Below, piece after piece: positions 35,225 through 48,850 of a stretch of 64,000 nt of DNA. A program made the translations under genes and the position numbers. This DNA is from Sarea resinae. Lineage: Eukaryota. Every line of letters begins with the position of its first letter. Within the stretch, counting starts at the first letter, position 1. The DNA is taken from positions 1 to 64,000 of the forward strand of contig JAPEUD010000095.1 in the NCBI GenBank assembly GCA_026026165.1, in the 5' to 3' direction. Below the pieces are notes generated by a model. That model had not been told where the DNA came from. It did not search any database and worked only from the letters and a program-made list of their open reading frames with translations.

Positions 35225-36959
35225 ATGTCGAAGCCATTCAGTAATGTACCCGCCGCTGCGGCGATCAATCCCTCGGAATTTCAAGTTCATGTATCGGACG
35301 AGCAGCTCTCCGAGCTAGAGACACTCGTGCGCTTATCCAAGATCGCCCCGACGACGTATCAAAATCTCCAAAAGGACAGCAATTTTGGCATCAGTAAAGA
35401 ATGGTTGATCGAAGCAAAGGTGCACTGGGAGAAAAAGTTCAACTGGTAGGATAACTTACTACTTCCTTTTTTACTGTAAATCTATTGGAGTGGAAGATAG
35501 ACTTGCTGACACTTGATTCGACTAGGCGGGCATGTGAGGAACGCATCAACTCGTTCCCTCATTTCACTACCCCAATCCGCGATACGGATGGAGAAGAATA
35601 TAATATTCATTTCGTGGCTCTTTTCTCGGATAAAAAGGATGCAATTCCTGTCATGCTCCTTCATGGCTGGCCTGGTAACCACAACATCCCTCGCCGGGAA
35701 CTTAGTATACTGACATCGGGTTGTTTAGGTAGCTTCCTAGAGTTTTTGCCCTTGCTCTCACTTATTAAAGAGCAGTATTCGCCAGCCACCCTGCCTTACC
35801 ATTTCATCGTTCCGTCTCTGCCTGGGTACGCTTTCTCCTCTGGGCCTTCTCTTCATAAGGAATTCCATAATACAGACATTGCTCGTCTTATGAATCACTT
35901 GATCACGGACCTAGGGCTCGGGGGAGGATACGTGGTTCAAGGAGGCGATATAGGGAGTCGGGTTGCTCGAATTTTGGCCGTCAGTTACGAAGGGTGTAAA
36001 GGTCCGACCCCTATCCAGCCTAGCTCATGTCTGAAAGGGCGAAGCTAATCATCTTCTCACAAATATAGCTGCGCACCGTAAGCCTGTCGACTGACTGCCC
36101 ATTCGAGCCTATGGGTAAGCTAATAAATACCAAGTAAACTACTGCAATATGCCAGAAGCGCCGCCAGGGGTGACGGAAGACTCGCTGAACGAGCTGGAAA
36201 AGAAAGGTCTAGAACGAGCGGAGTGGTTCAAGAATATGGGAAGCGCATACGCGATAGAGCATGCCACCCGACCGAGCACCATCGGCCTCGTTCTCTCAAC
36301 CAATCCTGTCGCGCTTCTAGCTTGGTGAGAAATTCTCAGTTCGAAACCTCTGACTGGCACGCCGCTAAATGCCTTTCCTTCAGGATCGGCGAGAAATTTC
36401 TCGATTGGACCGACAAAGACCCTCCCCTCGACACAATCCTCGAGTCCGTTTCCCTCTATTGGCTGACCGAGACCTTTCCACGAGCTATATATCCCTATCG
36501 AGCGGTAAGTCCAGCCAAGCGAAGTCTAGCCCTCAAATCAAGACCCCCCTCCGACTGACGCCCCAGGAGCGTGTCGTCACAAACGACGGAATGGGCGCCC
36601 ACTCGGACCCGAAATGGCACATCTCCAAACCCTTCGGGTTCTCGTGGTTTCCCAAGTATGTTATCCCTATGAGTTATCAGATAGTCTAAGGACTGTTCTA
36701 AGTCTAAATTTAGTGAGATTCCGCCCATGCCACAAAAATGGGTGGCTACCACGGGTGATCTAGTTTTCTGGAGACAACATGCCGAGGTGCGCAAATCCCT
36801 CGCTTTTCTTTAAAGGGACAGATAGACAGGCAGATGCTAGGCGATGATTGGTGAGCTGATGTTGATTGATAGGGCGGCCATTTCGCGGCCTTGGAATGCC
36901 CCGAGACGCTAAAAGACGATCTCACGGCGTTCATCACGCAGGTGTGGCCGGGGAAGTAG
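35225..36959 (+). CDS. Microsomal-type epoxide hydrolase (EHN plus alpha/beta hydrolase)
   Basis: FNW-R, IHFVALFS, LLHGWPG|SFLEF, VPSLPGYAFS, QGGDIGS nucleophile, GGHFAALE; stop TAG 36957-36959; multi-intron. Confidence 0.95.
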
Positions 36960-37881
36960 CCTCAGACCCAGAACTAGACCTACTTGGACACAGCGATTCC
37001 ACAACTTAGGGCTGTCAATGGTTCGAAGTGTCCCGGCTTTGTCTTCAATGGCTTTTTCGGTTTTCGGAAATCTGTTTCGTTTTCCCCTTGGAGAATTTAA
37101 AAAGTTGCACCGCAATGGATGTTCGCGAGAATTAGGTACCCAAATAGTGCACAAGTATTACCATTACATTGGGCTTTCTGGTGTATTCAGATCGTTCGAG
37201 TCCGTTCTCTGAATACCTGGAATGGCTGCGCGATGGATAGATGCTAATATGCCTTTCACTCACTATGTATCCTCTATATCTTCACCTCTGCTCTAGTTTG
37301 CTCTACCTCTGAATAAGCAAGCTATCTACTCAAATGCAGCCATTTCCACAAGTTCATCATCCCTTTGGCCACATATGAAAGAAACTCCTGTCCCTCCCTC
37401 TTTTTTTTTTTTTTTTTCAAAAAAACCGGAACATCTTACGTCGCCCAAATGATTCAAGAGACCTACCGACCTCCGTAAACCAACCCTCCCTCTCTCCCTG
37501 CTCTGCTCCCTGCCAACGAGACTATCGTTTCAAAGCAAACAGCCTATACATTCTACCCTACCTGGTCCCCAACACACGCGCACCACTCACTACTAACCAA
37601 GGCGCCTGCTCCTGAAGCTCTCGCAAACTTGGATTTCCTTCTCTGTGTCGTCGATGGTACGGTACGATTGCTTAGCCATAGCTTAGCACTGTAATCAGAA
37701 GGCTGGGTAATTAGCTAGTTAAGGTAGCTCTATGTGTTTTTTATCAGACTGTCGACTGACTTAGCGACTAGTGACTCACGGTTTGCTTCCTTGCTTGCTT
37801 GCCGGTAAGGCTTGGGGGCCATAGAAGAATGGGTGGGAAATAGTCTTTGTATTTCAGGTAGCATTGAGAAAGACAGTCGAG

Positions 37882-37918
37882 CTAGAGAGAGAGAGAGAGA
37901 GAGACAGAGAGACAGAGA
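37882..37918. repeat. (GA)n microsatellite
   Basis: GAGAGAGA...GACAGAGA run. Confidence 0.9.
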
Positions 37919-37952
37919 GGTAATCAGGGGAAAATACGGCAAGAGAACTAAG

Positions 37953-40571
37953 TCAATCATCTTCAATACACTCGACCCAGTCACTAGAAGTATGAATCCC
38001 AGGCCTAGACCTAGATCTAGATCTAGATCCAGAACGAATGTCTCGTCCCTCCCTTTTCGTTGCTCTTGCCGGATGTCGCGATCGAGCTGCCATTGTTCTT
38101 GGACCGAGATGTACGACACGCGTTTCGTTTCGAGTCCCCTCGTTCGTCCCGGTGAAAGGCTTTGGTTTGCTGAAGACGATATTGGTGGCTGGTTGGATGG
38201 CGTCGAATGGAGCTTGGATGTGGCTCCTTGATTCATGACTGGGCTGTCGGTGACGGAAACCGAGCCTAGGACTCGTGGAAGCTAGTGGGTCTGGGGAGGA
38301 GATGGGTTGGTGAGCATTAGCCTCAACTGACTCGGCGTGCGTGCCCTGGCTCTTGTTTCGTGATGGGACGAGGGCATCTGGTAGCATCAGCAGCGAGGTT
38401 GAAAAAGACGCTTCCTGCGAGATGAACCCTGATCGTCGCCCCCAGAGTTGATTGGTGGTCGAGGGAGCATTGGCGACGTGATATGGGTCTGGGGAGTCCG
38501 CCGCTGATATCAAAGAGCCATCGTGCGCGTCCGTTGACGCTGGGAGGTCGTCGGGAGCAGATACGCTGTTAAGGTGAATGGATAACGAGATGTCACTCTC
38601 TATACCTGCACTCTTTCCTCCTGAAGGTTTGTTCTGATCATTACCATCGCTTGGAATGCCCCCAATATGAGTAGGGCCAAAGGAGGCAAAAAAGTCATCG
38701 TCTTCGTCCTCGGGGAGGTCTCCGAAAACAAACTTCCTCCATGCTTCTTCCTTGCTCGGATCAAGCCGATCCTCTCTTTTTGTGAAAGCTCCATTGTCCA
38801 ATTCCGGCTCAACGGGCGGTCGATGGGGGGCGTCTGAGACCTGATAATAAGGAAATCCTTCGTCAGAAGTGGTCAAAAGCTGGCATGTAGGTGAATGTTC
38901 AATTAGGCTTCGTCCTTGTGATCCTAAATCATCTATATCTGAATATGAGTCCTGGTGTTCGAATAGTTGACCTGGATTGCTGACCTTGGAGCCGTTTGCA
39001 CGAGTAACATGAATATACGAATCTCCTTGGTCTGGCACGCCTTCTCTAATTGAGACGATCCGATTGAACTCATCGGACTCGTCGGAGAAGAATCGATCTC
39101 TCGAGATAGCATCGTCTCCTCGGGTTAATGATCTCGTCTGATTATTGACAATCTCCGCGTTTTTAGTGATGAGAGGAGATTCTCCAAGAGAAGGTTTTGA
39201 GGCCGGACCTTTTCGTACAGAGTCTGCTGGCGGAGATGATCTGAAAACAAGGCGAGCGGGATCTATGGGTGAGCTATTTGATGGGACTTCGACCAGGGTC
39301 TCCCGCATTTGCTGGGCCGAGTCCCCCATAAGTGACATTGGCGACGTCTGATTGACGCCGGCAGTCCTGTCAGTCGAATTTTCTTCAAACGCGCGCTCCA
39401 AATTTGCCGGCATGGTCTGGTCTAAATTTGCCAAAGGATCCTGAATCTGTCGCTCTGCAGGACATAAGTCGTGATTATCAGATGACAAATAGGTCCCGAG
39501 TTGCTTGTGACCGTAAGCTCCTTCGACAGGGTCCATGTCTTCAAAAATGCTGATGAAGTTGGAGTGAGATGCAGTTCGTCGATGAGAATGCACCCTGGGT
39601 TGAGCGGTTGCTGTTCTTCTAGTGTTTAGATCCTCCTTCAAGACCCCGATTTCTGGTACAAAGTGCTGCCATTTATCTTGCTCTCGGTCTAAAAGCATTG
39701 AATCCGAGGAGTGGAAATCCGATGTGCTAGAAAAAGCTCGATTCTCCCTTACGGAGTTGAGGTTGCCAGGCTTGCCTAGGGCCTGCTGTTCAGGAGTGCC
39801 GATCGTGATATGAACATCTTGCCTTGCTACGTGGCCACTAGACTGCTTGAGCCTCTCCCATCGTTTGTTTGGTATGGTCTCACTCGCTCTCTGCGTGTGA
39901 TCTCCAACGCTTTTCCAATCTCCTTTATTGATCTTGCGACGTTTGCCAATCCTCTCCGCATTTCGAGAAGAGGGAAATGTGATATTCAGTGGACGTTCAG
40001 ATACAGTCCCCGTCCAGTCATTCCTGTCAAGAAGGCTTCTTCTCTTCTGAGAAAGGGATCTGCCATTTGATGCCGGATGTATTGGCAATACATGCGAGTC
40101 TTCATGGGATGTGAGTGACTTCTCAGCCTTCACCTTCCGGTCGACACGACCTTTTCCTTGACAGCAGTTGAACTGTTCAGGCTTAGCAATGGACGAGCCG
40201 AGGTTCGGTCTTGTCGAATTTCCAAAAATCCGTGGGGCGTGGGGGCTGATGCTAGCAGGCTGAGATCTTTCACGTCTGTTTCCCTGGTGGCTGTTCGGAA
40301 AGACATGGTCGAAAGAGGTACCCTTCTCTCCGGTTTCAAACGGATCCTCACTCGTGAGAAATTTAAGACCTGCACCTGCATCGGATACATCATTGATAAA
40401 GCCTCTTTCTTCCGCGAAGGGAAGCTTGTGCGGAGAGACGCACTGCGTGCCAGCCTGCAGCTTGGCACGAGCTCTGGCAAAGTGCCGTTTTTGGAGGACG
40501 TCCAAGTTATTCGCCTCCATGCGTGGGGCAGTTTTAGAATGTCTTGCGAGCTTTCCGCCAGTCCAATTCAT
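37953..40571 (-). CDS. 872-aa largely disordered protein with MNWTGG N-terminal motif (HEIP1/REDIC1-like N-terminus)
   Basis: Intronless ORF; MNWTGGKLARHS...QKRHFARAR, KRRSLLDRNDWTG, EEAWRKFVFG, VFSKPKPFTG, SRSRSR and terminal IEDD; rest is S/P/D-rich. Family link is from recall of motif only. Confidence 0.85.
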   Translation of the reverse strand: MNWTGGKLARHSKTAPRMEANNLDVLQKRHFARARAKLQAGTQCVSPHKLPFAEERGFINDVSDAGAGLKFLTSEDPFETGEKGTSFDHVFPNSHQGNRRERSQPASISPHAPRIFGNSTRPNLGSSIAKPEQFNCCQGKGRVDRKVKAEKSLTSHEDSHVLPIHPASNGRSLSQKRRSLLDRNDWTGTVSERPLNITFPSSRNAERIGKRRKINKGDWKSVGDHTQRASETIPNKRWERLKQSSGHVARQDVHITIGTPEQQALGKPGNLNSVRENRAFSSTSDFHSSDSMLLDREQDKWQHFVPEIGVLKEDLNTRRTATAQPRVHSHRRTASHSNFISIFEDMDPVEGAYGHKQLGTYLSSDNHDLCPAERQIQDPLANLDQTMPANLERAFEENSTDRTAGVNQTSPMSLMGDSAQQMRETLVEVPSNSSPIDPARLVFRSSPPADSVRKGPASKPSLGESPLITKNAEIVNNQTRSLTRGDDAISRDRFFSDESDEFNRIVSIREGVPDQGDSYIHVTRANGSKVSNPGQLFEHQDSYSDIDDLGSQGRSLIEHSPTCQLLTTSDEGFPYYQVSDAPHRPPVEPELDNGAFTKREDRLDPSKEEAWRKFVFGDLPEDEDDDFFASFGPTHIGGIPSDGNDQNKPSGGKSAGIESDISLSIHLNSVSAPDDLPASTDAHDGSLISAADSPDPYHVANAPSTTNQLWGRRSGFISQEASFSTSLLMLPDALVPSRNKSQGTHAESVEANAHQPISSPDPLASTSPRLGFRHRQPSHESRSHIQAPFDAIQPATNIVFSKPKPFTGTNEGTRNETRVVHLGPRTMAARSRHPARATKREGRDIRSGSRSRSRSRPGIHTSSDWVECIEDD

Positions 40572-43500
40572 CTTGTAGTATCGTCGTGCCCGTCAAGGGA
40601 GCAATGATGGCGTGATTGAAACTCGGGGAAAGCTGTGAGACTGGAAGACACCATCGTTGTCGTCGGCCTCATGCAATTCAGTACTTCAACATGTTCATTC
40701 GCTTCAATGGCAATTTCAATATCAGATATAGGCCATGATCTAGATTGACGGCACAGAGACACCGGCAATCATGGCTGGCTTGTGCAAGGCTTTCGTTTTT
40801 CCAGTGAGACATTCAATGCTACGATCAATCAATTCGTCACTGACTCAGCCGAATAGCAGCTGGCGATCATGCCGAGAGACTGGAAGCTCCTGATGTCTAA
40901 GCCATCCGATGTCAATCATGTCAGGAAAAGCCAATAAGTTGGTGTTACTGCCGGCCTGTACGTCCATGGATGTCTGTCTGCACTGCAGGTCATACATGCC
41001 TTGCAGTATGCAGACGCATGCGTGATCGGAGTGTGTCGTGCTGAATGAGGAGGGCACAACACACAAGGAACGATGTGATACGGCTCGATATCATCGCATA
41101 CGTACATAATCGCAAAAGCGGAAGGTGGCCGGTCTCGAGCAGCAAATGTTCAGTGCATTTCGTGTGAGACGGTAGAGCTCTGAGTTTCAGATGATATGGA
41201 TGATCCGTTTGATGGAAGCCATTTCCGAACACGGCCGAACCCATTGACCGCAAGATGACCTGACGAGAGATGGGCGATTGCTCTGATTGCGGGATATAAT
41301 AATAATATTAATATTCCCATGAGATCGTGTTATGGTCAGGGATCGAAGTCAGTACCTAGTAAGGTCGAGTCTGTAGAGTAGGTAGGTACTTTGCACTTCG
41401 TACCCTGTGCTGTGGGATCTACGCAGTACTCCGGAGTACTATGAGTAGAGCTACCAACCTTCTGACCTGTACCATAATTCGGATATCATTAAGGTTATGG
41501 ATTGTGGATGTCAGGGTGGACGTGTCCATGTGCAAGGTACCTCCAGAGGAGACGCAAACGGTTGAAACAGGTCGGTCAGCCCAAGGCACCTGATTTCCGT
41601 TGAGATTATCTTGCAAGGATCCATAGATACCTCGAGCTTCATCTCGAAAACAAACATTCTGAGCCCGACCGGTACCTGCCCTACGTTAAGCTTCCAACAC
41701 ATCCAAGATGACTTTCCTTTCCGGCGTACGAAGAAGATCCGCGGATCGTAGCCTCGGGTGTGGGTAAGGTATCTGAGAAAGAAGAAATTATGGCTACACG
41801 TCCATAAGGCAGGTAAATCAGCGCGGTGTCGACCCCGTCATCATTAGGTCCGATTATTGATTGGGCCAAGAAGGCAGGCCAGATCAAATTCGGACTTCAT
41901 ACCCTTAGTACTGATTGCTGCTAAATGATGACTGGCTTGGCTCTCTTGCCAGTGACGATGGCGGGCGGTACGAGTTGTCGGTGAAGTCCATCTCCGAAGA
42001 TGATATCGTCCGTGCCTCTTTCGCGCCGTGTGTCTGCCGATGTTCAGCCTAGATTCGACGTACGAATACTGTGCCCGTGGAGTACTTCGTACAAGGCTCC
42101 AGTGCCGAAACGCGGGCGCAACGGCGTCACGACGTGGAGTTTGAATGGAGCGTGCGTTGGCGCCGAGAGAGCGGGTCAAGTACTGCGTACACGGAATGAT
42201 CGCCAGTCCCATCTTCTTGGGCTCGAGCTAAGCAAGGAGTGTACCATGACGAAACCGTTAGGAGACTGCCAGCTGGTGAGAGAGGATGCCAGCGCAAGGT
42301 ACCTCCTAAGATAGGCAAGGTAAGGTAGTAGGTATGTATGGAGTACCCCCCTGCTGGCAGTTCCTGCTCTGCGCGACCTCCTGCGCAGTAGCTGACCTGG
42401 TAGCTGAGAGGTAGAAATGTGGTCATTGGAAGTACTCCGTAGAGAGCATCGCAGCACTCACCGGTGTAGCCGTACCCAAGGTACCTCCTACCCTACGGTA
42501 GGTAGGTTCCAGGTTACCTTCATGCCTTCATGCTTGGGGTCAGAAACGTGTGCTTTCCATGCGGCGTATGCGTGGTTGGATCAATAGACCTTACCAACGA
42601 AGCAAGGTGAATTCAAAGTAAGGCATGGTCAGGTAAGGCAAGCATAGCATGGTGTGGCATAGCATGGCATGTAAGATGTCATGTAAGTCACGACCGCGTG
42701 CTTCGGCCTCGGGCTCTTCTGTGAGTGTTCCAACCATTGCAGGCATGATTGAACTCGTGGGGTGGAGCTACAAGCCGAATGATTGATGGATGGATTGAGG
42801 GATTGATACTCAAATCAATAATCGATCAATCAATGGACATCCATCCGGTCGCCGATCCTCGTTGCGGACGGCAGCCAAGACATTAGCCTGCCTGGTTTGC
42901 ATCTTGATTGCGGATTGCGACTGTACTCCCTACAGAGTCGACCGTCCAAGGAACAATCATCCAAAAGGGTGGGGGCTCTGTTCCGCAATCCTCGCGCGGT
43001 GTGTGAGGGTGAGGTCCAATGAGTCCATGAATACGAAGAGATACGAACGAGGTACACATCCCGTACTCTCGTCCTGCATTGGAGCAGGATTTCTTTGTTA
43101 CGAGTCTCGTCGTGTCGATCGGCTGTTGTTTGCTTACTCTGCCTGCGAGGACTAGACGTCTGCGTCTACCTAATCGTCGGCTGAAGGACTCGACTTGAAT
43201 TTCCAGGGCGGCCTATCAGGCTTATTTGACCTGCTCCTCTCCTCTCCTTTGCAAGTCATCCAGACCTCATGTGCACACTCCGTCACTCATGCATCCATCT
43301 TCCGTCGGGGCATAGTTGGATCATTGGACAGACTATTGATATTTGATCCATATCCATTTCTCAGGGTACCCGAGGAGGAGGCAGGGTACGGAGGAATACT
43401 TCGAGGTACAGGCTTGCGTCCGCGTCCCTACTCCGTATACGAAGGGCGCCCGGGGTGGATACGGCTGATGCTCTCGTTTCGTGCACTGCAGAGAGGTACC

Positions 43501-45520
43501 CAAGTGTCGCCGTTCAATCGAGATTCGTACACGCGTAGAGGACGGTACCTACCTGAGCCAAGGTACTAACCTACCACCTACCTGACCTACTTCGCTGTAC
43601 CTACCGTACGGCCTCATCAAAGGCCGACCGAATCCTGGATTCCGGGTAGGGTCGCCCAGCTCGGGAGCTGAACAGCGGTGTGCTCAGGGAAAGGCCATGG
43701 ACACCAGATGATTGGCGGGCCTTGTGTCCAGCTGGTCCAGCTGGCCCTTCGTTGCCGTCATTTCGCTGGGGAAAGCCTTATGATCCCTACGACCGACTGC
43801 GGCCGAAAACGAGGAACGAGGGACGAGAAGCAAAGCTACGAGCTTGGCTGGGAAGCTCGAGACGATTTATTGGTACGGGTGCACTGCGACAGAGGATGGT
43901 AGCGGGAGCGGGATTCATTAGTTTCCTAGTTAGCAGGTATGATGTGGCCGATCCGGCCGTGACGGGGTGTTTCCGACTCATGATGATCATGATTACACCC
44001 ACAGGTAGTGCCAGAGGTGGTGGTATCGACTGGTATCGAGCGGTATCGAAATTATGCGGTCTGATCCATGGTTTGATCAGAGTGATGTCCAGGGCGCGAG
44101 TGGGCACGAGTGGACCAAGCAGATACCGCCCAGTGTCGTGGCAGTGCCACGTCTGTCGAGGTACCTGCGGCGTACCTCGGTGATGCCTCAGGCCATGACC
44201 ATTTGCCTTAGAGGCCAAAGACCCAAGACGTTATTTGCTTTGCGCGCTATGATTTCGAAACCTTAGGCCTTGAGGTCCTCACCCCTGGGGCACCTCGAGT
44301 ATTCCACGCTAGAATCGAATATAATCTCTACCTTACCTTAATAATTTCTTAAGTATGCATATTACCATCGATGACCAGTTCCCGCTTCAATAATAATTTC
44401 TCGCTCGCCGCTCCCTTTTCCGTTTCCTTCTGACTCTTCCAGCTTGTGCACATCTACCCACCTTTGACTCTTTGAGGACTTCCATCCTTCGATCCTTAAC
44501 TTCTTCACACCTTCCTTCGTCCACGTTGATTTCTTCATCACTTGAAAACTATACACCTCATCTGACCTTCGGTCTCTCCTTCACCTGCCTACATACCTGC
44601 AATCACCCTGCGCAAACATATCACATCACATCACATCACCTCACCTCATCTCATCAATTGATCCTACTTGACCTCAACCTCACCTTGCCATTGATACATA
44701 GAACGTGCAGTTGCTTGTACGAACAGTGTTCGTGCTGGGGTGCTGCATTCCTGCATACCCATACTCTACCAATATACCTTACCTTCTCGTTCATCCCACA
44801 ACTCGACCTCTTCCGGACAACACCGCATCCTGCAGGCATCCTGCAGCCTGCAATCTGCAATCTGCAACCTGCAGCTTCTGGCATAACATACATCCATAAC
44901 ACCTAATACTGGTTGCAGATATTACGACGCCGGTCTTGTCATTCCTAAACAGTGTCAAGAGTCAAAGATCATCGTTACTCTCCTGTTTGTGACCACCTTC
45001 TATCTGCAAGTCCGGCAACGGCGCGAGCGCCTCGCCGTCTTGTCTGAGCGTGAACTGTCCGCATTGGTTCAGCTGCAGCAAAGGAAGTCGATAAACGAAA
45101 CAATAGTTGGCGTGGCCGAGCAATAATCACCGTCGCCGCGCACAGTCAGCCTAGCAGCCGCAATCCAATGTCCCCCACATCTGCTCCAAGACATCCAGCT
45201 GACTCTTGATCTCAACCTTGACGATTGTCATCCTAGAGGTTAGCTTCCGCCAGCGGTTGCCCTGTCTGACACATTGAATACCCCACCACGTCCGCCGCAG
45301 CTTGCGCTCAAATAGCTTCACCTGCATTGAGTGCTCTTCAGATCCGCGAGATCCGCAGGCAAAAGTCACATCGATATGCATTTCTTCTCGAAACATCAGA
45401 CCTAAGACTTTGAGCCTCTGGTGGAACCTCATTGGTGGTTTGCCCAGTTCGCATTGCATACCGTGGGGGTATCACTCCAAATTGAGGAGCGGCTCAGCCA
45501 GGCTGCTAATCCTGGACAAG

Positions 45521-48500
45521 ATGGCCTCTGCATCGACTTCCTCCCCAGCCTCATTGCTGTCTCTGGATGGCCATAAGAGCAATCCGCCAACTCCGCTGTC
45601 ATCTTATCCTAGGATAAATTCTAACGAATATGCCATCAATTCGTCACCAATATATGCAAGCGCTTCCAATGCCAGCTTGCCATCCTACAGTCCCAGTCTG
45701 TTACCACTGTCGCCTCGACTAAGCGCGGCTACATCTCTTCAACCATCACCCGAAGGTCCAAGAGGTCAAACGAAGCACCAATTACCTTCCCCCCTGTCGT
45801 TACCGCTCCCGGAAGCAAGCATGGCGGTAACTTCTTTGCCGCAACTCTCCATGAGCGATGCCGTCGGCGCGAGCAAAGGGCCGGGTCTCATCCGGAGAAT
45901 CTCGCGAGGAGCAGCCAGCAAGTTGACTCGACGGCGCCCTTCGTCTACGACAGGCAATGCACGAGAGCATAGTTCTGGACCGGTTATAATGCGACGAAGA
46001 AGTGACAGCAAAGGTGGCACTATCGACAATGGTAGAGACCCAGCAAATATCGAGCATGACAGTGTCGACGAAGAAGCTGTCGAAGACGGGTCAGGCACAT
46101 CAGTCGTGGAGAGACCGTCCAACGGGCAAAGACGATCTAGTTTGCGAAATGCTCCTGGGTCAAGTGAGTGTGCCATCGCTCCTATCATACCATCCATCCT
46201 GCAGCGTGGCACGACACTAGCAAAGATCACGAAGAAAAAGCGGAAAAACCTCAAGTTCTGCCTTGATGTCGAAGCTGCAAAAGTGTACTGGGATCCATCG
46301 AGGCCGGCGAAGAGGTTCTATATCGACGATATCAAAGAAATCAGAGTGGGCACCGATGCCCGAAACTATCGCGAAGAATTCCAGATGTCTGCCGACGTAG
46401 AGAAGAGGTGGTTCACCATAATATATTCAGACCGAGAGAAGTCGAAAGGTCGGCCGATCAAAACGATGCATCTTATTGCTCCCAACGATTACATTTTCGA
46501 GCTCTGGACAACGACGCTGGAGAACATCTCTAGATATCGGATCGATATGATGACCGGCTTAGCTGGAACGGGTGAAAGAAAGATTACAGCACACTGGAGG
46601 AGTCAGATGGTGAAAATCTGGGGCTCGATGCCTCATGCAGAATCCGAGGAGAAGATGGACCTAGAGGGTGTTGGGAAGCTCTGTAGGAGCCTACATATCA
46701 ATTGTTCCAAGAGCCTACTTCGTGCTCAATTCGCTAGAGCAGACAAGGCCAACACGGGATATCTTACATTCGACGGATTCAAAAACTTTGTTCGGCTCCT
46801 CAAAGAGCGACAAGACGTCCAACAGCTCTACGAGGATCTCCATGTTAGTAAAGAAGGCCTCGATCGGGAACACTTCTACACCTTCTTGCGCGATATTCAA
46901 AGTATCGACGTGGATTGTGATCAGGCCCACTGGGAGCATGTCTTTGCTACATTTGCAAAAAGATCGAAAGCGCGCTTGGCGCAACAGGACAGCGGCGAAT
47001 CCTCTGTTCCAAAATGGGATCTCGAGGCCTTTTCGGCCTTCCTATCCTCGGATTTTAATTCGCCGTTATCGTCGGAGCACACCGACGGTCCACTAGAGAG
47101 ACCTCTGAACGACTACTTCATCTCAAGCTCGCATAATACTTATCTTTTAGGCAGGCAGGTGGCCGGGGAGTCTAGCACTGAAGCATATATTAGCGCCTTG
47201 CAACGTGGATGCCGTTGCGTCGAGATTGATTGCTGGGACGGAGCCGACGGACGCCCGGTTGTACTCCATGGACGCACGTTGACCAGAAAAGTACTCTTCT
47301 CCGATTGTATCGCTGTGATCGGAAAGTATGCCTTCGTTTCGTCGCCTTATCCGCTTATCATTTCCCTCGAAGTGCATTGCAATCCTGAACAACAGCTGGT
47401 AATGGTGGAGATCATGAAGACGTTGCTAGGCGAGCGGCTCCTAGTGCAACCTCTGATATCAAACGCATTTAATTTGCCTTCACCGGAGGAGTTGAGACAT
47501 CGAATCCTCATCAAGGTCAAAGCTGGCGAAGAGTACGATGAAGATCTCTACCCAAGTCGGAGGCAACGAAGCCTGAGTTCGCCTTTTGCCCGGCCGATCA
47601 TGGCAGATAATTCGTCGATCCCTAATATGCCGCTTCTATCCAGCACGGCATCTTCGAGTCCTTCCGACCGTTCGGCAAACATATGGGGTGGAGGACGAGG
47701 CTCAATGACTGGGGGCACTGCAACAAGTACGAGTAGCGCCACCGAGGATAGCGACACCGCACAAGGGTCTAGCAGCATTGAGAGGAGAGAAAAGAAGAAG
47801 CGCAGCAAGATTGTCAAGCCATTGGGAGACCTGGGGGTCTATACCAAAGGACAGAAGTACACGAACTTCGCCCTACCCGAGAGCAAGGCCATCAACCACG
47901 TGTTTTCCTTTTCCGAGCGTACCTTTGAGAACCTGTGCAGGGATTCCGATTTGAAGGGTCAGCTTGAAAAGCACAACAACCGCTTTTTGACGCGCGTTTA
48001 CCCTTCTGGGTACCGAATAAGTTCTTCAAATTTCGATCCCAATAAATTTTGGCGTCGTGGGGTTCAGATGGTCGCCCTGAATTGGCAAACTTATGACCTT
48101 GGTACCCAAATGAACGAGGCTATGTTCGCTTCCGGAAAGGACCGCCTAGGCTACGTCTTGAAGCCTAAAGAATTAAGGCAGACCAATATTCTGGACAGTC
48201 TGGAAAATCCGATCACTGCAAGGTCGCCCAAGGAAAAGAAGCTGGTCAAGTTTTCCGTAGAGATGATCTCCGCGCAACAGCTTCCTCGATCCAGGGACAT
48301 GGGAGCCGAAGAAAGCATCGATCCATACATCGAGTTAGAAATCTTCAGTGCAGATGACAAAGCGAAAGGGGTAGCTTCAGGGGAAGGCGGATTGGACGCT
48401 TCAGCTCGCAATGGTATGTCTGGTATTGGATCACCTCATCGTCGACGCACCAGGATCATTCAAGGCAACGGGTATAATCCAATCTTCAACGACACTTTCA

Positions 48501-48850
48501 AAGTTTCGCTTGAGACCAAATTTCCCAGCTTGGTGTTTGTCAGATTTACGGTCTGGAATTCGGCAGATGGCCGAAACTACGGCAACAATAGCGGCCTTCT
48601 TGCAACGTTTACTGCCAAATTGACGAGCCTCCAGGAAGGCTACAGACACCTTCCACTCTTCGATATGAACGGGGAACAATATTTATTCTCGACACTGTTC
48701 TGCAAGATCAAGAAAGAAGACGAGGTTGCTGTCGAGCGTGACGACGCAAAATCTGGGAAAGTCGAGTCCATCAGGCAGTTCGGCCTTTCGGTCTTTAGCC
48801 GCACACTATCAATCGAGAAAAAGCGTCCGAAAAATGACGAGGTGCGCTGA
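45521..48850 (+). CDS. PLC1: Phosphoinositide-specific phospholipase C
   Basis: PH-like and EF-hand regions, X box [15 protein letters not shown]...[13 protein letters not shown] box [18 protein letters not shown]...[12 protein letters not shown]2 domain with GYRHLPL; first ATG 45521. Confidence 0.97.
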   Translation: MASASTSSPASLLSLDGHKSNPPTPLSSYPRINSNEYAINSSPIYASASNASLPSYSPSLLPLSPRLSAATSLQPSPEGPRGQTKHQLPSPLSLPLPEASMAVTSLPQLSMSDAVGASKGPGLIRRISRGAASKLTRRRPSSTTGNAREHSSGPVIMRRRSDSKGGTIDNGRDPANIEHDSVDEEAVEDGSGTSVVERPSNGQRRSSLRNAPGSSECAIAPIIPSILQRGTTLAKITKKKRKNLKFCLDVEAAKVYWDPSRPAKRFYIDDIKEIRVGTDARNYREEFQMSADVEKRWFTIIYSDREKSKGRPIKTMHLIAPNDYIFELWTTTLENISRYRIDMMTGLAGTGERKITAHWRSQMVKIWGSMPHAESEEKMDLEGVGKLCRSLHINCSKSLLRAQFARADKANTGYLTFDGFKNFVRLLKERQDVQQLYEDLHVSKEGLDREHFYTFLRDIQSIDVDCDQAHWEHVFATFAKRSKARLAQQDSGESSVPKWDLEAFSAFLSSDFNSPLSSEHTDGPLERPLNDYFISSSHNTYLLGRQVAGESSTEAYISALQRGCRCVEIDCWDGADGRPVVLHGRTLTRKVLFSDCIAVIGKYAFVSSPYPLIISLEVHCNPEQQLVMVEIMKTLLGERLLVQPLISNAFNLPSPEELRHRILIKVKAGEEYDEDLYPSRRQRSLSSPFARPIMADNSSIPNMPLLSSTASSSPSDRSANIWGGGRGSMTGGTATSTSSATEDSDTAQGSSSIERREKKKRSKIVKPLGDLGVYTKGQKYTNFALPESKAINHVFSFSERTFENLCRDSDLKGQLEKHNNRFLTRVYPSGYRISSSNFDPNKFWRRGVQMVALNWQTYDLGTQMNEAMFASGKDRLGYVLKPKELRQTNILDSLENPITARSPKEKKLVKFSVEMISAQQLPRSRDMGAEESIDPYIELEIFSADDKAKGVASGEGGLDASARNGMSGIGSPHRRRTRIIQGNGYNPIFNDTFKVSLETKFPSLVFVRFTVWNSADGRNYGNNSGLLATFTAKLTSLQEGYRHLPLFDMNGEQYLFSTLFCKIKKEDEVAVERDDAKSGKVESIRQFGLSVFSRTLSIEKKRPKNDEVR

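Noticed and set aside
40600..45300. Many short ORFs in the PLC1 upstream region
   Set aside because: Overlapping on both strands, mostly non-ATG starts, no recognisable motifs.
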